Positions 1 to 7,436 of a DNA stretch of 18,681 nt are shown here, piece by piece. Origin of the DNA: Candidatus Methylomirabilales bacterium (GTDB taxonomy: Bacteria; Methylomirabilota; Methylomirabilia; Methylomirabilales; CSP1-5). The translations under genes were made by a program, and so were the position numbers. Where the stretch lies: assembly GCA_046758505.1 (NCBI GenBank), contig JBHIAH010000049.1, positions 1 to 18,681 of the forward strand. The letters run 5' to 3'. The notes below the pieces were generated by a model. That model was given only the letters and a program-made list of their open reading frames with translations, made no database searches and was not told the origin of the DNA. How positions within the stretch are numbered: the first letter of the stretch is position 1; every line of letters starts with the position of its first letter.

Positions 1-36
1 ACGGCGCAGGAGGATTCCGTCGGCCACCCACGAAAA

Positions 37-50
37 TGTACTCTGACCCC
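37..50 (+). repeat. Putative terminal/REP-like motif of a RAYT/Y1-transposase-associated element (TGTACTCTGACCCC)
   Basis: TGTACTCTGACCCC is seen directly. From memory it resembles the ...TACTCTGACCCC motifs found beside RAYT-like Y1 transposase genes. Only one copy in the window, so unverified. Confidence 0.3.
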
Positions 51-122
51 CTATTCCTGATTGCAGCATCAGGCATCATTAGCAATCACGTGTGGAAGGC
101 ATAACCTCTATCGGGATTGCCC

Positions 123-1673
123 ATGAGAAAGCTCCGTATCGGGATCATAGATATCGTGTCCAGGGGCCCCACGCGATCTTTGTACGCTCGCGTCATGAAT
201 GCCAATTTTGCCAGCATCATGCCTCAGGTGATCGGCGCCTGGTGCAGAGAAGACGGACATGACGTTGCCTTCGTTTGTTATACCGGCTTTGAAGATCTGC
301 TGAAGGGGTTGCCGGACGACGTCGATCTAGTCTTCATCGGTGCGTTCACTGAGTCCGCACATACGGCGTACGCCCTGAGTAACCTCTTCCGCGCACATGG
401 GGCCATCACTGCCATCGGGGGGCCTCACGCCCGGTGCTACCCGGAAGACGCCCTTCAGTACTTCGACTATGTCTTGGGCTTTACGGACAGGGAAACGCTC
501 CGTGACGTCTTGAAAGACTGTTCGCAACATCGGCCGATTGGTATGCACATTACGGCTAACCAGCAGCCCCGAACACTTCCAGGGGTACGCGAGCGCTGGC
601 AGTTCATCGAACCGACTCTCAAAAAAGCACCCCTCATCAAGATGGTTCCAATGCTCGGTAGCTTGGGGTGTCCGTATACATGCAGTTTTTGCATCGATGC
701 GGTCGTGCCCTATCAGCCCATGGACTTCGATGTGCTCCAAGAGGATCTACGGTTCCTGCTGGAGAAGTTTAGGCGACCGCTTGTAGGCTGGCACGATCCC
801 AATTTCGGAGTCCCGTTCGACGACTACTTCGACATGATTGAGGAAGCCGTGCCTCCAGGCCGTATCGACTTCATCGCCGAAAGCAGTCTCTCCCTCCTTT
901 CGGAACCGCACCTTAAGCGCCTCAAACGCAATGGTTTCAAAGCCATCCTGCCCGGCATTGAGTCGTGGTTCGACTTGGGCAATAAGTCGAAGACAGGCGC
1001 AAGGCAGGGGATGGACAAAGTCCGGCATGTATCCGAACACGTGAATTTGATTTTGAGGTACGTACCGTACGTACAAACCAACTTCGTACTGGGGCTCGAT
1101 AGCGACGAAGGGGCGGAACCTTTTGAACTCACGAAACGATTCCTGGACATGACGCCGGGCGCGTTTCCTGCCTATTCGCTGCTCACCGCGTTCGGCCGGG
1201 CCGCGACGCTCAACCTCGATTACGAGCGGGCAAACCGTGTGCTGCCCTTCCCGTTCCACTTCCTGAACAACAACCAGGCCATGAACGTCAGACCGAGGAA
1301 TTATTCTTGGCCTGACTTCTACGAACACGTCATCAAGCTGACCGAGCATTCTTTTTCCCGGCGCACTATTTGTCGTCGCTTCTGGGCAACACACGGAGTA
1401 GTCACGCGGTGGATGAACCTCGTGCGGGCAGTTTCGACGGAGGGTTTTGGAAGGCTCAAGTACTATAGGGAAATTCGTAAGCGGCTGGACACCGACCGGC
1501 AATTCTTGCTCTATTTTGAACAGGAGACTACTGAACTTCCCCAATTCTACGTGGACCTAGTCCGAGAGGATTTGGGGCCGCTGTGGGAATGGCTTCCGGA
1601 AGGGGCTCTGCATCACGATCCCAACGCCTATTTAAATTCCGAGAAGGATAAGGGATCGCGTCTTGACAATTAA
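123..1673 (+). CDS. Cobalamin (B12)-binding domain radical SAM protein
   Basis: CxxxCxxC motif GCPYTCSFC; N-terminal B12-binding-like region with IGGPHA; downstream HDPNF, GIES and FVLGLDSD motifs typical of this class. ATG at 123 (alternative TTG at 117). Confidence 0.9.
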   Translation: MRKLRIGIIDIVSRGPTRSLYARVMNANFASIMPQVIGAWCREDGHDVAFVCYTGFEDLLKGLPDDVDLVFIGAFTESAHTAYALSNLFRAHGAITAIGGPHARCYPEDALQYFDYVLGFTDRETLRDVLKDCSQHRPIGMHITANQQPRTLPGVRERWQFIEPTLKKAPLIKMVPMLGSLGCPYTCSFCIDAVVPYQPMDFDVLQEDLRFLLEKFRRPLVGWHDPNFGVPFDDYFDMIEEAVPPGRIDFIAESSLSLLSEPHLKRLKRNGFKAILPGIESWFDLGNKSKTGARQGMDKVRHVSEHVNLILRYVPYVQTNFVLGLDSDEGAEPFELTKRFLDMTPGAFPAYSLLTAFGRAATLNLDYERANRVLPFPFHFLNNNQAMNVRPRNYSWPDFYEHVIKLTEHSFSRRTICRRFWATHGVVTRWMNLVRAVSTEGFGRLKYYREIRKRLDTDRQFLLYFEQETTELPQFYVDLVREDLGPLWEWLPEGALHHDPNAYLNSEKDKGSRLDN

Positions 1674-1720
1674 CATGGGTAACGTCCCATTCCTGCCACC
1701 TAGTTTGATACCATGGTGGC

Positions 1721-1891
1721 ATGGCAAAGCGACTGAGATGTCCCCGGTGCGCCGGTCCCAAGGCCTGGCCGCTGTGCAGAGGAAGCCGGCGATGCGCCCG
1801 CTGTCGGTACGACTGGAACCCGACCCGCCTGCCGCTCCGCTTGACGCCCCGGCAGTGGCGACAGCTGCTGGGGTGGTTCCTGCGGGGGGGG
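1721..1891 (+). pseudogene. Truncated IS1595-family-like transposase (N-terminal zinc ribbon only)
   Basis: MAKRLRCPRC-x14-CARCRYDW...LTPRQWRQLLGWFLRG is a CxxC/CxxC zinc ribbon plus helix like IS1595/ISXO2 N-termini. Similarity stops at the G-run 1884-1891 and there is no DDE domain. Candidate left end GGGTAACGTCCC near 1677. Confidence 0.6.
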
Positions 1892-1915
1892 ATTCCGGGG
1901 ACACCATACTTAATT
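1892..1915 (+). repeat. Putative terminal motif of a Y1/RAYT-like element (ATTCCGGGGACACCATACTTAATT)
   Basis: Sits exactly where the IS1595-like ORF breaks. From memory it matches the GGGGACACCATACTTAATT / AATTAAGTATGGTGTCCCC motif flanking Y1 transposase genes. Single copy here. Confidence 0.5.
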
Positions 1916-1933
1916 CTTGACGGTGGGCTGTAG

Positions 1934-2826
1934 TTAGACAGCGCGATTGAGCACAGATGTAATGAGCACGGAATCATTCTCGCGTCGATATGGCCATGGC
2001 CCTGAGGAGCGCGAGGTCTCTATCCGCGACGACGCCCCGGAGGAGGTCCGGGGGGCGATTCTCAAGATCGCGGAGGGCGACCTTAACCTTGGCCCATCCT
2101 TTCTCCGAGACGTCCTCTGTACCGTTCTCAGAGAGCTCCCAGACCGTTTCAACTGGAGTGAGTACCCCAACGTCTGGGAGGAGTGCGGCTCATCGAAGAC
2201 TGCCCCTGGTATAAGGTCTACGACTTCGTGGAGGCTCTGTACCGTCAACTTGCAGAATCGAGCGACCCTGAGCGTGCCCATCGGTGGGAGAGCCTGATCA
2301 ACGAGTACTTTCTTGAGGTTGGGGTAGGCTGGCGCCTGGTGAATGGGTTGCTCGAAAGTCGTGGCCCGGAGGCATTTGAGGGGGCCGTCGATACCGCCCG
2401 GAGTTCTCTTGAGCGATCCGGTCTCAGGACTGCCCGTAAAGAGATCCATGAGTGCCTTCGAGACCTATCCCGACGACCAGAACCGGACCTTACGGGAGCG
2501 GTTCAGCACGCGATGGCTGCGCTGGAGTGCACCGCGCGCGAAGCCGTTGGCGACCAACGCGCCACGCTGGGCGAAATACTGAAGCGGTATCCAGATGCGT
2601 TCCCGAAGCCACTCGACGATGCCCTTTCCAAGATGTGGGGGTACGCATCAGAGATGGCGCGGCATGTGCTGGAGGACCGGACGCCGAGCCGCGCCGAAGC
2701 AGAACTCATTGTCGGGGTCGCGGCTTCGGCCTGCAACTATCTCGCGTCGAGGATTCGCGGGGCGTAGCATTCAATGTGCTGTATAACCAGGCGCTGCAGC
2801 TGGCGCCACCGCTGAGCGCCAAATCG
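1934..2826 (+). mobile_element. Integron gene cassette 1 (AbiJ-like gene plus attC)
   Basis: Begins at core site G|TTAGAC (1933-1939, GTTRRRY), has a single gene starting at 1962, and ends in an attC 13 bp after the stop. R'' GTATAAC matches the reverse complement of GTTAGAC at 6/7 positions, as expected for one circularisable cassette. Confidence 0.75.
1962..2767 (+). pseudogene. AbiJ-NTD4 domain / HEPN-like protein, frameshifted near 2183
   Basis: ORFs 1947..2297 and 2183..2767 join into one 268-aa protein if one G is added at GAG GA(G) GTG: FSRRYG...NWSEYPNVWEE-VRLIEDCPWYKVYDFVE...TLGEIL...LSKMWGYASEMARH...EAELIV. These motifs are characteristic of AbiJ-NTD4 proteins. Confidence 0.75.
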
Positions 2827-2832
2827 TTAGGT
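2781..2832 (+). other. attC integron recombination site
   Basis: R'' GTATAAC (2781-2787), 5-nt spacer, L'' GCTGCAGC (2793-2800), 10-nt centre, L' GCTGAGC (2811-2817), R' GTTAGGT (2826-2832). GGCGCT[G]CAGC pairs with GCTGAGCGCC with one extrahelical base. Lies between two co-oriented genes. Confidence 0.8.
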
Positions 2833-2838
2833 CGCTTA

Positions 2839-3221
2839 ATGCCGGTTTTTGGTCCTCAGCGTATGGCTTGGAAGCCGAAGGTCCCGCCGACCTATACGGC
2901 AACCCCACCGTTCCGGCACATGATGATTTTCGCTGACGGCGAGAACCTCGTCTTTCGTTACCAGGCCATGGTCAAGAAGGGGTGGACGCCACGCGACGAG
3001 ATTCAGCACGTCCCGGATGTCCTTGTCTGGTAGAGGGTTTCTCTCATTTAGTCCAGATGGATGAAGTCCTACGAGCCACATACTACACATACGTCGTGGG
3101 AGATGAGGATAAGATTGTAGAGATACGGGAGAAAATCCGAACGCTCACGTTCAAGGCGCATAGGAATTCGATGCTGCCGAGGACGCTCATGCCCAAGGTG
3201 TTTAAGAAACCTATCCGCTGA
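2839..3221 (+). pseudogene. NYN (LabA/DUF88, PIN-like) domain protein, frameshifted near 3030 and 3'-truncated; cassette 2
   Basis: ATG 6 nt after the attC R' box; MIFADGENL (DGxN motif). Adding one G at TGG(G)TA continues into RATYYTYVVGDE...VFKKP. The sequence ends before the KxVD motif expected next. Confidence 0.7.
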
Positions 3222-3373
3222 TTGGGGTTCCCCAGGTTGTGATTCAGCGGGGCAACAATCGGCAGCCGACATTCTTCGCCGAGGACGACTTCCGCTTTTA
3301 CCGGGAATGCCTCAAAGCGGCGGCCACCACCCATGACTGCGAGGTCCATGCCTTCCGGCATCTCTGGACTTGA
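3221..3373 (+). pseudogene. Y1/HUH (IS200-like, RAYT-type) transposase fragment
   Basis: Not in the ORF track. The frame from 3221 reads IGVPQVVIQRGNNRQPTFFAEDDFRFYRECLKAAATTHDCEVHAF then RHLWT*. QRGNNRQxxFF is the hallmark N-terminus of RAYT-like Y1 transposases. No start codon, and it ends before the HUH motif. Confidence 0.85.
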
Positions 3374-3444
3374 CCTTTCAGATGCATCGATGTGCAGTCG
3401 TGAAGGTGGGGCGGTGGGTAAGAGGAGACGAGGCCTGGATGAGG

Positions 3445-5160
3445 TCAGTGGGTGAGGTGCTTCAGGAGCGCATCGAGGGGGAGGGTGTTCCAGACATCTT
3501 TTTTCTCGACCCAGGCGCGGCGGGCGGTGGCAACGCCGAGGTGGATGTTGTCAAAGTTTGCGAGGGCGTGGGTATCGGTGTTGATGACGAGGGAAATGCC
3601 CGCCTCTTTGGCCCGGCGGGCGTGGGCGTCGTTGAGGTCCAGGCGAAAGGGGGATGCGTTGATTTCCAGGGCAACGTTATTTTTGCGTACGGCGCGCAGC
3701 AACTCGTCGAAATCCACTTCATAAGGCTCGCGCTCGCCGAGGAGCCTCCCGGTGGGATGGCCGAGCACCCGCACGGAGGGGTTGCTGACGGCGCGCATGA
3801 TCCGTTGGGTCATCGTCTCGCGGGCCTGGCGAAAGGCAGAGTGAACCGAGGCAACCACAAAGTCCAGTGTCGCCAAGACCGCATCCGGGAGATCCAGACT
3901 CCCGTCGGCCCGGATGTCCACCTCGACACCGGCGAGGATGCGAAAGTCCTGGAGCCGTCGATTCAGCCGTTCAATCTCCTCGCGTTGCTTTGCCAGATCC
4001 TCCGGGGCGAGGCCCCGAGCAATCCCTAACCCCTTCGAATGGTCGGTAATGGCAATGTAGCTGTACCCTCGCCGCCGCGCCGCGTCTACCACTTCTTCGA
4101 TGGTGTGGGCCCCGTCGCTCCACGTGCTGTGGACGTGGAGATCCCCCCGGATATCCTCCACCGTGATGAGGTCCGGCAAGTTCCCCCTGAGGGCCGCCTC
4201 GATCTCGCCGGTATCCTCGCGAAGTTCTGGGGCGATGCAGGGGAGCCCAAGGACCCCGTAGATCTCTTCCTCTTCTCTGCCTGCCTTCCACTTGCCGGTG
4301 CGTTCCTCAAAGACGCCGTACTCGCTGATTTTGAGCCCCTTTTTCCGCGCCATCTCCCGCAGGCGGATGTTGTGGGCCTTGGACCCGGTAAAGTACGCCA
4401 AGGCGGCCCCGAAGGCCTCGGGCTCGACCACCCGGACATCGACCTGGATGCCCTGGCGGGTCATCACACTCGACTTGGTTTCCCCCTTGGCCAGAATTTC
4501 CTGAACCGAAGGGAGGGCGACGAAGGCCTCCATGACCTTTCCCGGCGCAGTGGAGACGGCCAGGATATCGATGTCGCCCACCGTCTCCTTCATTCGACGG
4601 AGGCTGCCGGCGTAATGGATCCGCTGCACGCCGGTGACCTGCCGGAGGCGGACGATGATCTCCTGGGCCAGCGGGAGGGCCAGGCCCAACGGCGTGCGCC
4701 CCGAGGCGCGCTTGAGCATCTCGATGCCCCGGAGGATGTTCGCTACGGCCTTGGCCTTGATCCCGGGCAGCCCCTGGAGTGCTCCGGCCCGGGCCGCCGC
4801 CTCCAGCTTCTGCACGCTGTCGATGCCTTTCTCCGCATAGAAGAGCTTGACGGTCTTGGGCCCGACCCCCGGAATCTGGAGGAGCTGGACCAACCCCGGA
4901 GGGATCTGGGCCTTGAGCTTTTCATACTCCTGGAGTGTCCCGGTGGTGACGATCTCGCGGATCTTGGTCGCCAGGTCCTTGCCGATCCCCGGGATCTTTT
5001 CAGCGGTTTCCCCCTCGATCAGGGTGGCCACGTCTTCCGCCAGCCCCTCGATGTTGTGCGCGGCCCGGCGGTAGGCCCGAATCCGGAAGGGGTTGTCCCC
5101 CTTGATCTCCAGGGTGTCGGCCATGACGTTAAGGATGCGGGCAATCTCGACGTTCTGCAC
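3445..5160 (-). CDS. polX: DNA polymerase X family / PHP 3'-5' exonuclease
   Basis: NPFRIRAYRRAA, helix-hairpin-helix IPGIG/IPGVG, GSLRR..ETVGDIDIL, YFTGSKAHN; PHP motifs HVHSTWSDG, TDH, GHPTGR, NTDTH. GTG start with GGGAGG SD. Confidence 0.96.
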   Translation of the reverse strand: MQNVEIARILNVMADTLEIKGDNPFRIRAYRRAAHNIEGLAEDVATLIEGETAEKIPGIGKDLATKIREIVTTGTLQEYEKLKAQIPPGLVQLLQIPGVGPKTVKLFYAEKGIDSVQKLEAAARAGALQGLPGIKAKAVANILRGIEMLKRASGRTPLGLALPLAQEIIVRLRQVTGVQRIHYAGSLRRMKETVGDIDILAVSTAPGKVMEAFVALPSVQEILAKGETKSSVMTRQGIQVDVRVVEPEAFGAALAYFTGSKAHNIRLREMARKKGLKISEYGVFEERTGKWKAGREEEEIYGVLGLPCIAPELREDTGEIEAALRGNLPDLITVEDIRGDLHVHSTWSDGAHTIEEVVDAARRRGYSYIAITDHSKGLGIARGLAPEDLAKQREEIERLNRRLQDFRILAGVEVDIRADGSLDLPDAVLATLDFVVASVHSAFRQARETMTQRIMRAVSNPSVRVLGHPTGRLLGEREPYEVDFDELLRAVRKNNVALEINASPFRLDLNDAHARRAKEAGISLVINTDTHALANFDNIHLGVATARRAWVEKKDVWNTLPLDALLKHLTH

Positions 5161-5376
5161 GGATTCCCCTCCCAGGAAGGATACCTCACCTCAGCGAGTA
5201 TCGTTGCCCCGACGAGAGAGTCCCGGGGGGGCTACCCAACTGAGGAGAGAGCAAGCGCCGACGGAAGATCTTCACGCTCCAGAATCACGGAGGCGTCCAC
5301 GGGCGGGCATCACTGGTCGGATGGGCCAGAGGGGGCCGGGGCCGCGCGCACACGGTCTTCGGAGTGCAGCCCTCCC

Positions 5377-6834
5377 TTACGTCTCTTGGATATACACACT
5401 CTTGATATCGGTGTAAAAGCTGATCGTATCGTCGCCTACCTCCCGGGCGCCGAAGCTCGAATGCTTGAACCCCCCGAAGGGGAGATGCGAGAATCCCCCC
5501 AGCCCCGGTCGGTTCACATGGACCATGCCGGCCTCGATCTTGTCGACAAAGGTAAAGACCCGACCCACATCCCGGGTGAAAATCGAGGCGGTGAGGCCGT
5601 ACTCCACGGCATTGGCCACCCTGAGGGCTTCTTCGATATCGTTGACCTCGATGACGCTGAGCACGGGTCCGAACACCTCCTCGCGGGCGATCTCGTGCTC
5701 GGGTCGAACGTCACTGACGATGGTCGCGGCGTAATAGTGGCCATCGCGGAGTCCTTCCGGCTCGCATCCCCCGATGACCACCCGGGCGCCTTCCGCCCGG
5801 GCCCGGTCGACAAACCCTGTGACGTCGCGCAGACGGACCTCGTCGACCAGCGGGCCCATCCCCACCTCGGGGCGATCGCCGGGGCCCACGCGGATGGCCC
5901 TGGTTCCGTCCGCCAGGCGCTCGACGACCTCCCGGGCGACTGTCCCCTCCACGATGGCTCGGCTCGTGGCTGTGCACCGCTGGCCGGTCGAGCCGAAGGC
6001 CCCGGTGAGGAGGGATCCCACGGCACTCTTGAGATCCGCATCCTGCAAAATGATCTGCGGGTTCTTTCCCCCCATCTCGAGCTGGACCTTGGCAAGGCGC
6101 TGGGCCGCCGCGGTGTGGATGGCCATCCCCACCTTCGTCGAGCCGGTAAAGGAGATCCCGCGGATCAAGGGGTTGCTCACGAGTTCCGTCCCGACCTGGG
6201 CCCCGCCGTGCACCAGATTCAGCACGCCCGGTGGCAGGCCGGCCTCTTCAAAGATCTCGACGACCCGGGTAGCGGTCGCCGGGGTGAGGGGTGAGGGCTT
6301 GCACACCACTGTGTTCCCGCAGACCAGGGCGGGCGCCACCTTCCAGCAGGGGATGGCGACGGGAAAGTTCCAGGGACTGATGGCGGCGACCGGACCGATG
6401 GGCTGTCGCGTGGTAAAGCAGAAGACCTGGGGCACCTCCGACGGGAAGGTCTGACCGCCCAGGCGCCGGCCCATGCCCGAGGCATACTCCATGATCTCAA
6501 TGGCGCGCCGCACTTCTCCCCGTGACTCGCTGAGGATCTTCCCCTCTTCCCGGGTGAGGAGCTGCGCGATGTCTTCCAGGCGCGACTCGAACAGTTGCGC
6601 CGCCCGGAGCACGATCTTCCCCCGCTCGGGGGGGATGGTCTGTCGCCACCGGGGGAAGGCCTCTGCCGCCGCTTGGATTGCCCGGCGGGCATCCTGGGCC
6701 GAGGAGTCCGGAGCGGTCGCCACCACATCGTGGATGTTGGCCGGGTTCCGTCGCGTGATCCCGTTGGCCCCGCGCTGCTCCCATTTGCCGGCGATACAAT
6801 TGCCGCACTGAATGGTCATGCCGTCGGTTCCCAT
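5377..6834 (-). CDS. NAD(P)-dependent aldehyde dehydrogenase (alpha-ketoglutaric semialdehyde dehydrogenase-like)
   Basis: PWNFP, FTGS, catalytic LEMGGKNP and GQRCTATSR, EEVFGPV, PFGG. AGGAG SD upstream of ATG 6834. The subfamily is inferred from the GQRCTATSR signature. Confidence 0.93.
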   Translation of the reverse strand: MGTDGMTIQCGNCIAGKWEQRGANGITRRNPANIHDVVATAPDSSAQDARRAIQAAAEAFPRWRQTIPPERGKIVLRAAQLFESRLEDIAQLLTREEGKILSESRGEVRRAIEIMEYASGMGRRLGGQTFPSEVPQVFCFTTRQPIGPVAAISPWNFPVAIPCWKVAPALVCGNTVVCKPSPLTPATATRVVEIFEEAGLPPGVLNLVHGGAQVGTELVSNPLIRGISFTGSTKVGMAIHTAAAQRLAKVQLEMGGKNPQIILQDADLKSAVGSLLTGAFGSTGQRCTATSRAIVEGTVAREVVERLADGTRAIRVGPGDRPEVGMGPLVDEVRLRDVTGFVDRARAEGARVVIGGCEPEGLRDGHYYAATIVSDVRPEHEIAREEVFGPVLSVIEVNDIEEALRVANAVEYGLTASIFTRDVGRVFTFVDKIEAGMVHVNRPGLGGFSHLPFGGFKHSSFGAREVGDDTISFYTDIKSVYIQET

Positions 6835-6927
6835 CGTGCGTCTCCTGTGAAGGCATCGTTCATGGCCCGAGTCTCCCGCTCACCCGCTCTCTTCGTGGAT
6901 GATGGGGTGCTCCGATCTCCTCTCGCG

Positions 6928-6960
6928 GGTAACGTTACCGGCCCGCTCGACGTCTGTCAA
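6928..6960 (-). promoter_or_regulatory. Sigma70 promoter of the ALDH gene with overlapping palindromic operator
   Basis: Minus strand TTGACA (6960-6955), 17 nt, TAACGT (6937-6932). The perfect palindrome GGTAACGTTACC (6928-6939) covers the -10 box. Confidence 0.75.
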
Positions 6961-7436
6961 GGCTACGCATGAGACCTCCTTCCTTCTGTGCTGGCACGGC
7001 TCGGCCGGGACGGGTGAACCCACCTCCGATGCGTGACCGGCGAGGGATAGACCGGGGAGTTCCCCCCTTCCCCTGGCATCCCTGGTGTGGGACAAGATGG
7101 CCGGACCGGAATCCCCCTGTGACAGAATGGCAGATTCCGTCCTTCTCCGGGTATGTAAATCGGTCGATGGCGATTCGGGGTCGGGGGAAAAAGATCGAGC
7201 GACGGGTGGAATAAGGGTCGATCCGGGCCTGCAGCCACCGGCAACCCGATGGACTTGGCATTCCAGTTGCTCACCTGTGGGGGAGGGGGGTCACGTTGCC
7301 CTTGGGTTGAATCTTGTCCGACGGGGCGAGGCATGGATAATAGTAATAGAGGATCTGCGCTTCGCGGACCCTGGGCACGTCGGGGAACCGTTATTCCTGT
7401 GTGGAGCCTTCGGTCGAGTAGGGGGACGACGGCGTC

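Noticed and set aside
2452..2838. 5' part of ORF 2452..3033
   Set aside because: Overlaps the AbiJ-like gene out of frame and runs through the attC; only the part from ATG 2839 is NYN-like.
3359..3385. Imperfect hairpin with GGACTTGACC as a right end of the Y1 element
   Set aside because: Weak pairing and no match to the 1892-1915 motif; cannot be supported.
4039..6294. 751-aa plus-strand ORF and other long antisense ORFs (e.g. 9856..11220, 11190..12617, 14264..15862, 16444..17658, 17808..18650)
   Set aside because: Shadow frames opposite well-supported genes in GC-rich DNA; no recognisable motifs.
7360..7430. Possible c-di-GMP-II riboswitch upstream of the PilZ gene (TGGGCAC...TGGAGC...AGTAG)
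   Set aside because: The 3' GTGCAACC pseudoknot partner is missing and no convincing stems were found; an Infernal scan would settle it.
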